Source: Squalus acanthias (lineage: Eukaryota). From it: a stretch of 64,000 nt of DNA. Each line of letters opens with the position of its first letter. Position 1 is the first letter of the stretch. Positions 12,251 through 24,579 of the stretch are shown piece after piece. Location: the NCBI GenBank assembly GCA_030390025.1, contig CM059438.1, forward strand, positions 70,682,001-70,746,000. Reading direction: 5' to 3'. The notes beneath the pieces were generated by a model that was not told the DNA's origin, did no database searches, and worked only from the letters and a program-made list of their open reading frames with translations. The position numbers were made by a program, and so were the translations under genes.

Positions 12251-12675
12251 GAAAGAAGAAAGAACTTGCATTTCTAAGGTGCCTTTCACGACCTCAGGAC
12301 GCCCCAAAGCGATTTACAGCCAATTAAGTACTTTTTGAAGTGTAGTCACTGCTGTAATGTAGGAAACGTGGCAGTCACTATGCGCACAGCAAGATCTCAC
12401 AAACAACAATGTGATAATGACCAGATAATCTGTTTTTAGGTGTTGGTTGGTGGATGAATATTGGCCCCAGGACACCGGGGATAACTCCCTGCTCTTCTTT
12501 GAAATAGTGCCATGGGATTTTTTACATCAACTTGAGAGGACAGAGGGGGCCTCAGTTTCTTCCGAAGAACGGTACCTCCGACAGTGCAGCACTTCCTCGG
12601 TACTGCACTGGAGTGTCACCCTAGCTTTTGCGCTCAATGCTCTGGAGTGGGACTTGAGCCCACAACCTTCTGACT
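12251..12675 (-). mobile_element. Deu-domain SINE copy
   Basis: Colinear with 4387-4820. Confidence 0.8.
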
Positions 12676-13729
12676 ACGGTGGAATAATGGGGCATAAATT
12701 AGCCCTAAGAATGAAACAGAAAAAGGAGTGGTGTACGCAGAGAGCTTAACCGAACAGCAGTCTTATGCCATGGATGTAATTTCTCTACTCTATACTCAAG
12801 CTGGCAATATGTCACACAATGCATAAGCTCGAACAGGAATCAGTAGGAGGCGAATTTCATTATGTAACCAATGCTGGCACATTTTAAACTGTGTCTTTAG
12901 AAGTGAGCAGGACAGTCTTGGAACTGGTACCCATGTAATCCTTGTAGAAAAATAAATGATTATAATTACAGTGTGGAGTCAACAATAACAAGAACAGAAA
13001 TCCGTTTTTCGATTAACAGTAACATTTGTTTTCATTAGGACTGTAATTGGAAACAAGTTATATCACAATCAGTACACTTTTAATAAGTCCTTTTTAATAG
13101 CATAACATTTACTGGAAGTTAGCATTTGTAAGACAGCTCTTGGATAATTTGTTTTGGTATGCTGAAACATAACCATATGTTTTCAATATTATGGCTAGGA
13201 GACTACAAAATAATTAACTCCAAACAATATTTTGCATTTGTAAACCTTGCCCAGTTTATTGCATTTGGATCTGAAACAAAGATTCAAAAGCATACCACAG
13301 ATTTTTTTAAATTATTAATGTGATGTGGGGATAGAATCGATCTGATCAACAGCGGTGTTTAAAGTTATAAATAGATGGAGAATTTGCTTGGACAGGGTAC
13401 AGTTGGGGGTAACGATTCCTCAGGCTGCACACCTAAACAGTGGAAGTTGGGCTACTTATCATGCTGGAGAAACATTAAAGTCCACTTAATTTACTCTGAA
13501 TGTGAAGAAATCTTATAGAAATTTACAAACTCCTCTCTGCACCTAAAAAGAATGAAAATTTATCAGCTACAAACAGACTGGTAACTAGGCAATGACTATT
13601 GACGAACCCAGGTGCACCATACAAAACAAAAGCCTTGAAGGAACACTTCAAAATAAATGGGTTAAGCGGGCAAAAGAATTTTGTATAAAAGCATTAAATG
13701 TTCACGTGCTAATATCACCATCTGAAGAA

Positions 13730-13966
13730 GAGCAGGAGTTCTCCCAATATAGCTGGCCAACATTCCTCCCTTAACCAGCACCACCAAAAATAGATTAGCT
13801 ATCAATTTATTTGTCTCATTGCTATTTGTGGGCTCTTGCTGTGTGCTAAATGGCTGCTGCGTTTGCCTATATAACAGTCACTGCACTTCAAAGTAATTTG
13901 TCGTATGCAAAATGCTTTGGGATGTTTCTGAGAAATATGGTAACACATTATATGAATGCAAGACTT
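13730..13966 (+). mobile_element. Deu-domain SINE 3' part (diverged)
   Basis: TTGCTGTGTGCTAAATGGCTGCTGCGTTTGCCTA...GCTTTGGGATG...ATGCAAG. Confidence 0.65.
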
Positions 13967-14160
13967 TTTAATATTTGAATAATGTAATTTCAAGAGCAAA
14001 CGTTGATAACTAGGGATATGCTACATAAATGCAAACTGTTGTTTTCCTTGCTTGGACTGCCTTTCAGGATCAAGTTCTGAACTTTTATTCCACAGGATGC
14101 TTCCTTGCAAACATAGTGAACATGGCAGGAATTAATCGCTTGGTTTGGCTTGGACAACTG

Positions 14161-14875
14161 GGGGGAGAAATTCGGTTGATTAGCGCCTCCTGTTAGCGCC
14201 TCCGGGGGGCAATAACAGGGTGCTAACGACTTACTGCCCGGGCGCGGCAATGTTACCGCCGTCCGCGAAATTCACCTGGCGGTTTGCGGCAGCAGTAATC
14301 CCTAGCGCCACGCTCTCCTGCGCCCAGAGATTGTGACGTCATCCGGCTGCGCAGCGCCCCGGACCCGAAATTCGGTTCCGCCCCCTGCAGCATTGCCGGG
14401 CGACGACACCGACAGCTGCAGGAGGACGTTGTTCGGGAGGCCGGGCGCTTCGGGAGCGCTAATTAAAGGTAAGGCCACTGGTCTTCAGTAGAAATGTGTT
14501 TCCTTTAGGGTGCATTTTGAACATTTTTAAATGCTTGGGGCTGATCGTCAAGGATCCCGTCTGTCGTTGGCGACGAGGGAGATCGTTCAAATGCAGAGCC
14601 TGCAGCGATGGCCCTTCCCTTTAAGGGAGGGAAGGAGCCCTCGGATCCCGGCAACGCTGCAGTGGTCATTGTGCACCTCTACTGACCCCCCCCCCTCACC
14701 CCCCCTGCTTGTTTTAGCGCTCCAGAAGGGAAGTGGTAGCGCTTGATCTAGCGCTCCACTTCCTTCCTGGAGCGCTAACACTGAATTTACCAAAAGCTGA
14801 GAATGATTAGCGCCTGGCGCTAATTTTTCCAGCTTTCAAAATTTAGCGCCCTAAGCGATACTGAATTTCTCGCCC
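14161..14875. mobile_element. Harbinger-type MITE, family B copy 1 (TAGCGCC-rich subtermini)
   Basis: TIRs GGGGGAGAAATTC / GAATTTCTCGCCC with CTG on both sides; related to 29181-29850. Confidence 0.75.
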
Positions 14876-15296
14876 CTGATGTTTTATTTTCTGTCCGATG
14901 GAAGAATGGTGGAGTGAAATATATCTGAAAAATTAATTAATTTTATTCAGTTATGCTTTTCTAGTTGTGTATGTGTTTAATGTGTTTGACTGCAGCATTT
15001 GCTCCTTATGTTCTCTGTGCTGGTTGTGGATGTGCCCAATTAAGTGCTCCCTAGCTGAGGGGGCAGCACTGTTGGATGGCTACACTGCCACCTGGTGATC
15101 TCCAAGCCTACCTGTGTCTGACGGACCTGCATCAGTGACAAGTGGTCTCCTTTGCTGTAGTCATTGTGAGCTCATTCTTTTCAGAGACAGGACAGCTGGT
15201 TGACTGTCTCTGGACTTCTTCATGGACCAGGTGGCAAATCCTCATCACAGCCCTCCTGGGCCTCCTCATGCAATGTTGCTCCCCTATGCCCAAGTA

Positions 15297-15609
15297 GAAA
15301 GAAGTTAGATCCATGACCCCTGTGCTCCAAGTGCGAAGCCATGCTCTAAGGGGCATAGGTAGGAGGTTTTTTGCCGTTTTCTCCATTCCTGGAGGAGAAT
15401 CTATCGTGGGTCATGCAATCAGGAGAGATGTAAAATGGACTGCCGACTTGCTATCACCTGTTTTACACTATGGTACAAGGTCAAGATCTATCCCAAGGAA
15501 TGTGGGTCAGAGAATTGGGACTGCAATGTTGTAGCCCTACCTCCTACCTATGTCCCTTAGAGCATTGCTTTGCACTTGGAGCACAGGGGTCATGGAACTA
15601 ACTTCTTTC
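15297..15609. mobile_element. MITE-like element with 71-bp terminal inverted repeats and TA flanks
   Basis: 15297-15367 versus 15539-15609 reverse complement gives 4 mismatches in 71 nt. TA at 15295-96 and 15610-11. Confidence 0.8.
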
Positions 15610-15645
15610 TAACAGTAACATGAAATAATGTTACTGGGAGAAGAG

Positions 15646-16414
15646 TATACGGAATTTGTGGCTGTAATGATGGTGAAACTGTCAGCGTTCACTGTCATTA
15701 CTGTATAAAACTGACAGCAACTTCTGGCGTTGCACGTGCGCAGTTAAATGGGGAAATCCATAAGTTGCTGTCAGTGATACCCTGCTCCTCCACAGGGTGC
15801 GCTATTGCAGTCTTCACAAATGCAGTCAACACAGAATCAGTGATTTGACGTGAACTTCAACTTTTTACACACTATTCTCACTGTAAAAACCATTGAAAAG
15901 GTTGAGTCTTGTTGAATGAGATGTAGCTGAGTTTTTAATGGTGTACTAAGTCATAATTACTGCTGAACAACCTCTCTGACCCTGAAAAAACTAATTTTAA
16001 AAGTGTGTGTCATTCCATCCATTCCATGCTAAAAATTCCATAGATTTTTAAAATACATTTTTATTTTATTTTCTTAAAGTTTGTTTACAATATTTCAGCT
16101 TCTACCTTAATCCCATGTGTATGACCCAATCTTTATTTCGCTCTCTGTAAAATGATTAAAAAGTGAATGATAATCAGTGCTTTTTACTTCCTGGTTTGCT
16201 GTCTGTGAGAATTCTTTACTTTGATTGGCTGCTCAGTGTGTCTGATGACTTCACTGTTCCTGGACGCCACAGATCCTATACATGACGCCATATTGAAACT
16301 GACAATGGAATAGGGGAAATCAACATCACAGAGCCCGCTAAATTTTTGTGAGCAGCTTTCTTCGAGGTTAGCGGCGAGCGTCATCCCTTCATCGCTGACC
16401 GCAAAATACGGGCC
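15646..16414. mobile_element. Harbinger-type MITE, family C copy 1
   Basis: Reverse-complement colinear with 41061-41580 plus 44141-44376; end reads GCAAAATACGGGCC. Confidence 0.7.
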
Positions 16415-17019
16415 TATATTTTTTAAATTGCCTAATGGTGAATAACAGATTCAGACCATTCCAGTCAGGGTTTAGGCAGCAAATTTGCAACGATGCCAAT
16501 TGGTGGTGAATTTTTAGTTTGATCCAGGGTGTGTAACATTTTGGAATGTCCACTTGAAAAAGTGTACTCTGCTTAATTATAAATAGTTTTATACTTCACA
16601 ATTGATTTACAAATGAGACATTTGTGTTTTTGAAAGATGAACCAGACCATCGTTCCCCTGAAAGACACTGTACTGGAAATACTGAATGTATGCATCAAAT
16701 GTGGATGGTTGACAAGTATGAGTTGGTTAAATCAGAAGGCAAGAGAGGACCAAACTTTCCTTGTGCTCCTGCTCCTCCTGGCCTCACTTAACTTGAATGG
16801 CCTCTTCTTGATCCGATCCTTCTTCTGACTTGAGTTCACCTGGCGGGGAAGCCACAGCGGCTTCCCCACTCAGGTCGGACCTGAATAGTGGTCATGGCTC
16901 AATGATATCATCTGACCCCGATTGGCATATTTAAAGCAGGGCCCCGCCAGGCGGGTAGAGTTAAAATCAACTTTGTGATCTTGCAATTTATAACAGCAGC
17001 TGCCTATGTCAACTGGTCA

Positions 17020-17340
17020 TGTTGTAAATACACACTCCCACCATTGGTGGTACAGTACTGTCACACTTCAGTTTTGCATCTCCCAGCTCCTCGGCCTGTA
17101 GAGAAACTGCTGTGCTGCAACCAGCTTTACTTCTCCGCTTCCCAAATGATGGTTTTTCAATTTACTATAAATAATAATATAAAGTATGATATAAAAATAA
17201 GGACAGAATGCATGACTTTAAAATGAGACTGCATTAGATCTGCATTCCCTAATCCAATTATCCATCATCCTCTAACTCTGCTTCACCCGAAGAGGAGACT
17301 TGATTGCGACTCTACATGTGCAATACCACAGGAGATTGAC
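17020..17340 (-). repeat. Second, inverted copy of the old repeat at 1940-2270
   Basis: Colinear reverse-complement similarity. Confidence 0.7.
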
Positions 17341-20307
17341 CTGCACCAAATCAAAATGTTGCTTGAGTTGTTGGGGTTGGTCTGAATCATGTAATATTAT
17401 CTGCGCAGAAATATCAGCTCATGCCTTGGAGATATTATGATAAACTTGCTAGTACTGAAAAACAATAGTGGCTGCAGTTTCACAATATGTCAGGTCATTG
17501 TTGATCATATTACTGATTGAAAAGGCTATGTCATCCTGCCGGGAAGGGGGAAATGGTAAAATAATTGTGGTTGCAGCTTGAAAAGGTCAGAGCTTTTTAC
17601 TAATAGTTGGAACTGTTCTATTAGACAGCCAAAGTATTTTCAAAAGCTATAGTCATACATAACATATATAAACAGCACATTGTTTGCAGTCTCTTGGGAG
17701 AAATTGATTGAAAATATCAGGGGAGGTTGCAGTGTTGGATACAGTTGAGTGGAGTTCTTTTTTCAAGTGTGGGAATTTTGAACTTCCAAGCCAAAAATTC
17801 ATGATAAATCAACTGCCTTAAAATCAACAAAATAATATTATCCAACTAATAATCTAAGTAGTTGGAATTGGATGATTCAAAAGTGGAATAATGTAACTGG
17901 ACTACAAGCAATAATCTCTTGATTTACTGGCTCTTACCAAGCACATAGTAAGTCCCAGTCTGTTTACATTCTATGCATAATGGAGAAAAAAATAGCTCTT
18001 TGTTCAAAAGTAATCGGTATCATTAACACAAGCTTGTAGTTCCAAATAAGGCGTGCCAGTCTTGGATTTATTTATGAAGTAAAAAATGCGACTATAAAAA
18101 AAGCTTTTGTTTGTTTTCCATTAACTTCAGGGGGTGCTTTTGCAGTGACTGTCTGGGACAAAAGGTTGTTCGGTCGCTCTTGTGAGTTTACGCCGTAGGA
18201 GTAGCCCCTGTGTACTAAGTGAGACGTTGTGAAGTGTACAATGTTGCACAAGCTCTGGCGTGGGAAATTAGATTGATCAGAGTAATTGCACAAGTGGCTT
18301 TATCTATCTCCATTTGGTGATCTTGCCAGCCCTGGTGACAGCAGTAACGTTTGTGTTGCAGACATACTCGCAGAGCGCCATTGTAACACTTCCCTCCGTT
18401 ATTTTGAACTGATGGCCAAAATGTCTGTTTCTCTTCTGCAGGCAATAATGTGGTAAGATGGAATTTCCAAACTTTAGCAAGTAAATAGTTTATAATAACT
18501 TAATTTTAAAATGAGCAGTATGTTGGGTAAATGCTTTGCAACCGTGAAATAGCAGAACGGTATGTAAGTCTTGCTTCCATCCTATTGGATTATATAACAG
18601 ATCATTGTACAAAACAAGACATACAAGCCAACGGCACTTAACTTAATACTAGTTGACTGACATGGGCAGGAACACAATGAGAATGAATCCTTTGACATGA
18701 CAAGTATCCACTCGATGATCAGATAAATAGTAAGAGAGAACTGTCATATGGTTTTGCTTTTTGTATCTTTGATGCCATTTTAAATAACAATGCAGCACCA
18801 GGATAGGATAAAACGCTTTCTCCCTGAATGATTTCCTTTCTTCCATTCATCTTTTGTGCGAAAGCCCAGGGGCAGGGGACGTCGTGTTCCAGATGTACTG
18901 TTAGGATTACAGTACTGATTGAAGCACTCGTGGGGGATTTGGATTGAAAGATAACGTAAACAAAAAGAAAAAATATTAAGAGAAAAGGAGTGACACGAAA
19001 CAGGACTCCAGAGGGAGACAGGGTAGGGTGACTGTGTCCTACCCAAGGAAGAGAACAAATTAAGTGTGGGTTATCTGTATTAACTAAGTACAAGAAAATA
19101 TATTAATTTGTAACGAGATAAGCTAAAGGAAATGGTCGACATTTATTCAAAATATCTACTGATCTTGATTTTTTTTTTTAAAAAGGTCATTTTGATCCAT
19201 TACATCATGTAGCAAATTATCTTTCAGTTCATTTCAAGAGTAAAGTTCAGATAACCCTGAAAAACAAGAAACATGACATTTGAATTTACTTGACTCAGAC
19301 TTGGGAGATCACGTGTAGATGAAATTTATGAAATCCACTCACATTACAACAAACTCCAGTATTACAAAACTCAGAAATCTCACATTTGACTGTTTCCTTA
19401 GTCAGGGCTGCAAGTCCACAATAGTCAATTGTGGAAATTAAGTTTTATTGAGATGAACCTCTGATACCTTATTAGTCTCATGAGTTTATAGTGACATAGT
19501 TTGTCTAAAGCGTGTCATATCCTCCCCCTTATCTCTGTACTTAACTTTTAAAGCATATGGAAGCATTTTGCTCTCACTGGACCCCTGCCTGTTGTGCACT
19601 GCACTTGATATTCTTCCTGCCTTTTTGCGCCAACCGAAAGCACTCTCATTGTGCGCAAGCTTCACTTAAATATTAAAATCACTGCTAATTAGAAAGAGAT
19701 CAGTGCAGGTGCGATTCCTCGATTTCCTCGTGGCCAATGCACTGTACACTCAGATCACTTATATGAAATCAAGATCATCGACTTTCTGGGTCAACAGGTA
19801 GTCAGAGTTTAAAGGTTATTTGGAGCATATATATATATATATAAATGGACTTGAACTGTGGGTTTGGAAGAGCTTTATTTCTCAGTGTTGCTTTTTCGTA
19901 GCAGTTTATTTTGAAGGTTTTCATCCAAATGATTTAGTTTGGCAGCAAGATTTGTCATTACGATATGGGAACTCAAATGGGTATTATATTTTGTGTTATT
20001 TGGAGGAGGAAAAGAGGTTCAATTTGTTGTCAATCAGGACCCCCAGATCATTTTCGTTCTCCATACATACTATTTTCTTTGCGCTTAAATAATAATCCTT
20101 TCCTAATTTTTTCTGTCCACTGACTTTCATCTATACTTCTCTATGCTTCATAAGACACACATCAGCAGGGCTTAGGACCTCCGCCACTGGAGATTCTGCA
20201 GCATCTGCCCCTGGAATTGCTACGCATTACTTCCTGGCTTCTTAGATGCCACCGGGACTGGTGGCTGGTTCTTGCAGTCCGTCTACGGAAACAGTAGAGG
20301 AATATAT

Positions 20308-22874
20308 ATTGAAACAGTAATACGGAGGTTGGGGTCGGCATTAAAAGGGAAATTAGAGAAGCATGCAGTAAGGGCACAGCAGTCATCATGGGTGACTTTA
20401 ATTTACATATAGATTGGGCTAACCAAATTAGTAAAAATACTGTGGAGGAGGAATTCCTAGAATGTTTACGGGATGGTGTTCTGGAACAATATGTCGAGGA
20501 ACCAACCAGAGATCAGGCCATCTTAGACTGGGTATTATGTAACGAGAAAGGATTAATTAGTAATCTTGCTGTACGAGGCCCCTTGGGTCAGAGTGATCAT
20601 AATATGATAGAATTCTTCATTAGGATGGAGAGTGAAGTAGTTGAATCAGAGACTAGGGTCCTGAATTTAAATAAAGGAAACTACGATGGTATGAGGCGCG
20701 AATTGGGTAGGATTGATTGGGGAATGTCACTCAAAGGGTTGACGGTGGATAGGCAATGGCAAACATTCAAAGACTGCATGGATGAACTACAGAATTTGTT
20801 CATCCCAGTGTGGCATAAGAATAAAACAAAAAGGGTGACTCAACCGTGGCTAACAAGGGAAATTAGGGATAGCATAAGATCCAAGGAGAGGGCATATAAA
20901 TTGGCCAGAAAAAGCGGTAATCCTGAGGATTGGGAGCAGTTTAGGATTCAACAAAGGAGGACAAAGGGATTAATTAAGAAGGGGAAAATAGAATATGAAA
21001 GTAAGCTTGCAGGGAACATAAAAACTGACTGTAAGAGCTTTTATAGATATGTGAAGAGAAAAAGATTAGTGAAATCAAGTGTAGGTCCCTTGCAGTCAGA
21101 AGTGGGGGAAGTTATAATGGGGAACAAAGAAATGGCGGACGAATTAAATGCATATTTTGGTTCTGTCTTCACAAAGGAGGACACAAATAACCTCCCAGAG
21201 ATGTTGGAGAACATACGGTCTGATGAAAGGGAGGAACTGAAAGAAATCAGTATTTGCAGGGAAATGGTGTTAGGGAAATTGACGGGATTGAAGGCCGATA
21301 AATCCCCAGGGCCTGATAATCTACATCCTATGGTACTTAAGGAAGTGGCCCTAGAAATAGTAGATGCATTGCTGATCATCTTCCAACATTCGATAGAATC
21401 TGGAACTGTACCCATGGATTGGAGGGTAGCTAATGTTACCCCACTATTCAAAAAATGTGGTAGAGAGAATTACAGACTGGTAAGCCTGACATCGGTAGTG
21501 GGGAAAATGCTAGAGTCCATTATAAAGGATGTAATAGCTGAGCACTTGAAAAACAGTGACAGGATCGGACAAAGTCAACATGGATTTACAAAAGGTAAAT
21601 CGTGCTTGACTAATCTACAGGAATTTTTTGAGGATGTAACTGGGAAAATAGATAAGGGAGAACCAGTAGATGTAGTGTATTTGGACTTTCAAAAGGCTTG
21701 TGATAAGGTCCCGCATAAGAGATTAGCGTGTAAAGTTAAGGCACATGGGATTGGGGGCAAGGTATTGACTTGGATAGAGAACTGGTTGGCGGACAGAAAG
21801 CAGAGAGTAGGAATTAATGGGTCTTTTTCCGAGTGGCAAGCAGTGGCTAGTGGGGTACCGCAGGGATCGGTGCTTGGACCCCAGCTATTCACAATATACA
21901 TTAATGATCTAGATAAGGGAACTAAATGTAATATCTTCAAGTTTGCAGATGATACAAAGCTGGGTGGGAGTGTGTGCTGCGAGGAGGATACCGAGAAACT
22001 CCAGGATGATTTGGACAGGTTGGGTGAGTGGGCAGAAGCGTGGCAGATGCAATATAATGTGGATAAATGCGAGGTTATCCACTTTGGTGTCAAAAACAGA
22101 AAGGCAGACTATTATCTGAATGGCAATAGATTGGGAGAAGGGGAAGTGCAATGAGACCTGGGTGTCCTTGTGCACCAGTCGCTGAAGGTAAGCATGCAGG
22201 TGCAGCAGGCGGTGAAGAAGGCAAATGGTATGTTGGCCTTCATAGCGAAAGGGTTTGAGTATAGGAAGAGGGATGTCCTGCTGCAGTTGTACAGGGCCTT
22301 GGTGAGACCACACCTTGAGTACTGTATGCAGTTTTGGTCGCCTTATCTGAGGAAGGATGTTCTTGCCATGGAAGGAGTTCAGCGAAGATTCACAAGGCTG
22401 ATACCTGGGATGGCAGGAATGACATATGAGGAGAGATTGGGTCGATTGGGCTTACACTCGCTGGAGTATAGAAGAATGAGAGGGGATCTCATCGAAACAT
22501 ATAAAATTCTGACAGATCTGGACAAACTAGATGCAGGAAGAATGTTCCCGATGGTCAGAGAGTCCAGAACCAGGGGTCACAGTCTAAGGATAAGGGGTAA
22601 GCCATTTAGGACAGAAATGAGGAAGAATTTCTTCACCCAGAGAGTGGTGAACCTGTGGAATTCTCTACCACAGAAGGTAGTTGAGGCCAAGTCATTAAAT
22701 ATATTCAAGAATGAGTTAGATATATTTCTTAAAGTTAAAGGTATCAAAGGATATGGGGAGAAGGCAGGTACAGGGTACTGAGTTTAGATGATCAGCCATG
22801 ATCTCATCGAATGGCGGAGCAGGCTCGAGGGGCCGAACGGCCTACTCCTGCTCCTATCTTCTATGTTTCTATGT
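20308..22874 (+). mobile_element. 5'-truncated CR1 LINE (partial AP endonuclease, RT and 3' UTR); ORF2 broken by one TGA at 22152-22154
   Basis: GDFN, LDWVL, SDH, KSPGPD, QHGF, YLDF, GVPQGSVLGP and FADD motifs; the frame continues to 22781. 3' stem-loop plus (TTCTATGT) tail. Confidence 0.97.
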
Positions 22875-23469
22875 AAATGCTGGTAGCACAACAGCCTTTC
22901 AACCAGAGCTTGCATGGGTAATAATTTGTAATTGGGGGGGGAGGGTGGGGGAGGGGAATGCTGGGACATATGCACATGCAAGTAAGTGAAAAAGAATAAT
23001 ACTTACCTTAAACTTCGCCACGGCCTCCAGCTCTACCTTGGCCCATATTCTCTGCAATCTCAGGTCTCAGCATGTTAAGCACGGCACATTCAGATTGACT
23101 CAATATCAAAGAATAGGTTGCCCTCCTCCCATTTGGGTTTGCTCCCTCCTTTTATATGCAGTGTTGTGAGGTTGGAAGTTTAAAGGGCACATAGAATGAC
23201 ACCCAAGTGTCCACCCTGTATCCCTATTTGCATGTAAGTAAATGAACATACATTATACAAGGACATTATGTTGTTCAGGAGGTTTGTGGGCTTAGCTTTC
23301 CAAATAATAACGTGTCAAAAGGGTACCTTGCTGTAATATGGATATTCATGTAAAGCTTGGGAAAAGCTTTTTTGTCACTACTTGGAATGCAGCCTCTATC
23401 ATGGATGAGAGGAAACTCTTTGTGGCACATATAATTTACCCATGTACTTGGTCGAATCACTGGCCAGCC

Positions 23470-23700
23470 TCATCTTGGTAAGCTTGTTGAGGCTACTAAC
23501 CATTTTTCTCAGCTGATCCCTTGTCATTTGGCTGTTTAACAGAATATTTAGCCTATCTGCCACCTCCTGCCAAAGAGAGTGCACAGTTCTCCTTTGGGGG
23601 AGGATGTCCCAGGGTCCCAGATGGGGCAACCTTCATTGGCTGCACTTCCTACCGAAGCATCTCCAAAGCAGCACCTGAAAACGGAGATGCTCTGTGTCAT
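23470..23700 (-). pseudogene. Decayed Harbinger Myb/SANT-like DNA-binding ORF
   Basis: RASPFSGAALEML and LWQEVADRLN..TRDQLRK segments in shifting frames. Confidence 0.55.
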
Positions 23701-24060
23701 TAGCCAGCCATTTCTAGCTTTCTGCCCGGCAACAATCAAGCGACAACCCCTTTAAGGAGCAGATGCAACTTTTAAGAGCTGCAACTGCATGTTATTTCCT
23801 GCCCCTGGCTTACAGCAAGCATTCCCTGGTACGCTCACTTCACCCTGGGAGCTCGCTGTCTATACACAGTGCGGCCAATTTCTAAACATTCAGCCGATTC
23901 AGCCCAGCACGAAGGTTACTGAAACAGCATTAAAATTGGTCCTATTGTTTAATCAGGTATGAATATTGTAGGAAGCCACAAAACCACAGAAAGGACTAAT
24001 TATGGTGCATTTTAGCACATTTACTTTAAGAATAGCAGTTAATATTCCGATCAGAACAGT

Positions 24061-24360
24061 GATTAATTGGCCTCATATATATCAAATAATCGTGCCATAA
24101 GAATAATTATCTCAGGAGTGTTACCTCATTAGATGAAGGTGGTATAATACTTTTTCTTGAATTTTATGGTATATTTTGCTCAAGTTTTTTTAGAAGTAGA
24201 ATCTGATCCCGCACCCACTTAGAACTTTTTGGAATCCCCAAGCAGTCACAGTTGCTTCAAGGAAATTTGACCCATTTTTACAATTAAGTAGAGTGTAAAT
24301 TAGCCCTGACTGATTTTAATTGTACACACTACTCTAAGCAACCAGTGAGGACAACTTAGA
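24061..24360 (+). repeat. About 300-bp direct repeat, copy 1 (copy 2 at 26915-27230)
   Basis: Near-identical core TTTTGCTCAAGTTTTTT..AGAAGTAGAATCTGATCCCGCACCCACTTAGAAC..CAAGGAAATTTGACC. Confidence 0.9.
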
Positions 24361-24579
24361 ACACAGCAAGACAATAAGGAAATGTATTATGTCTGCACCT
24401 CAGCTTAATCACGCATCAGTTTATCTATACATTTCAGAATGTCACTTTTATTTTCCAATTGTTTGAATTTTTGTTGTTTATTTTTTGTGTATTTTATGAC
24501 ATCTTGCTGCTATGTAGAGGATTCGTATTAATTTCTGTTTGTTTGTCATCTGCCTTGTGTATAATAATAACAGAGACTT

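Noticed and set aside
21041..22313. Antisense ORFs inside CR1 (and similar ones inside the L2 and PLE copies)
   Set aside because: They are shadow ORFs of the TE coding strands.
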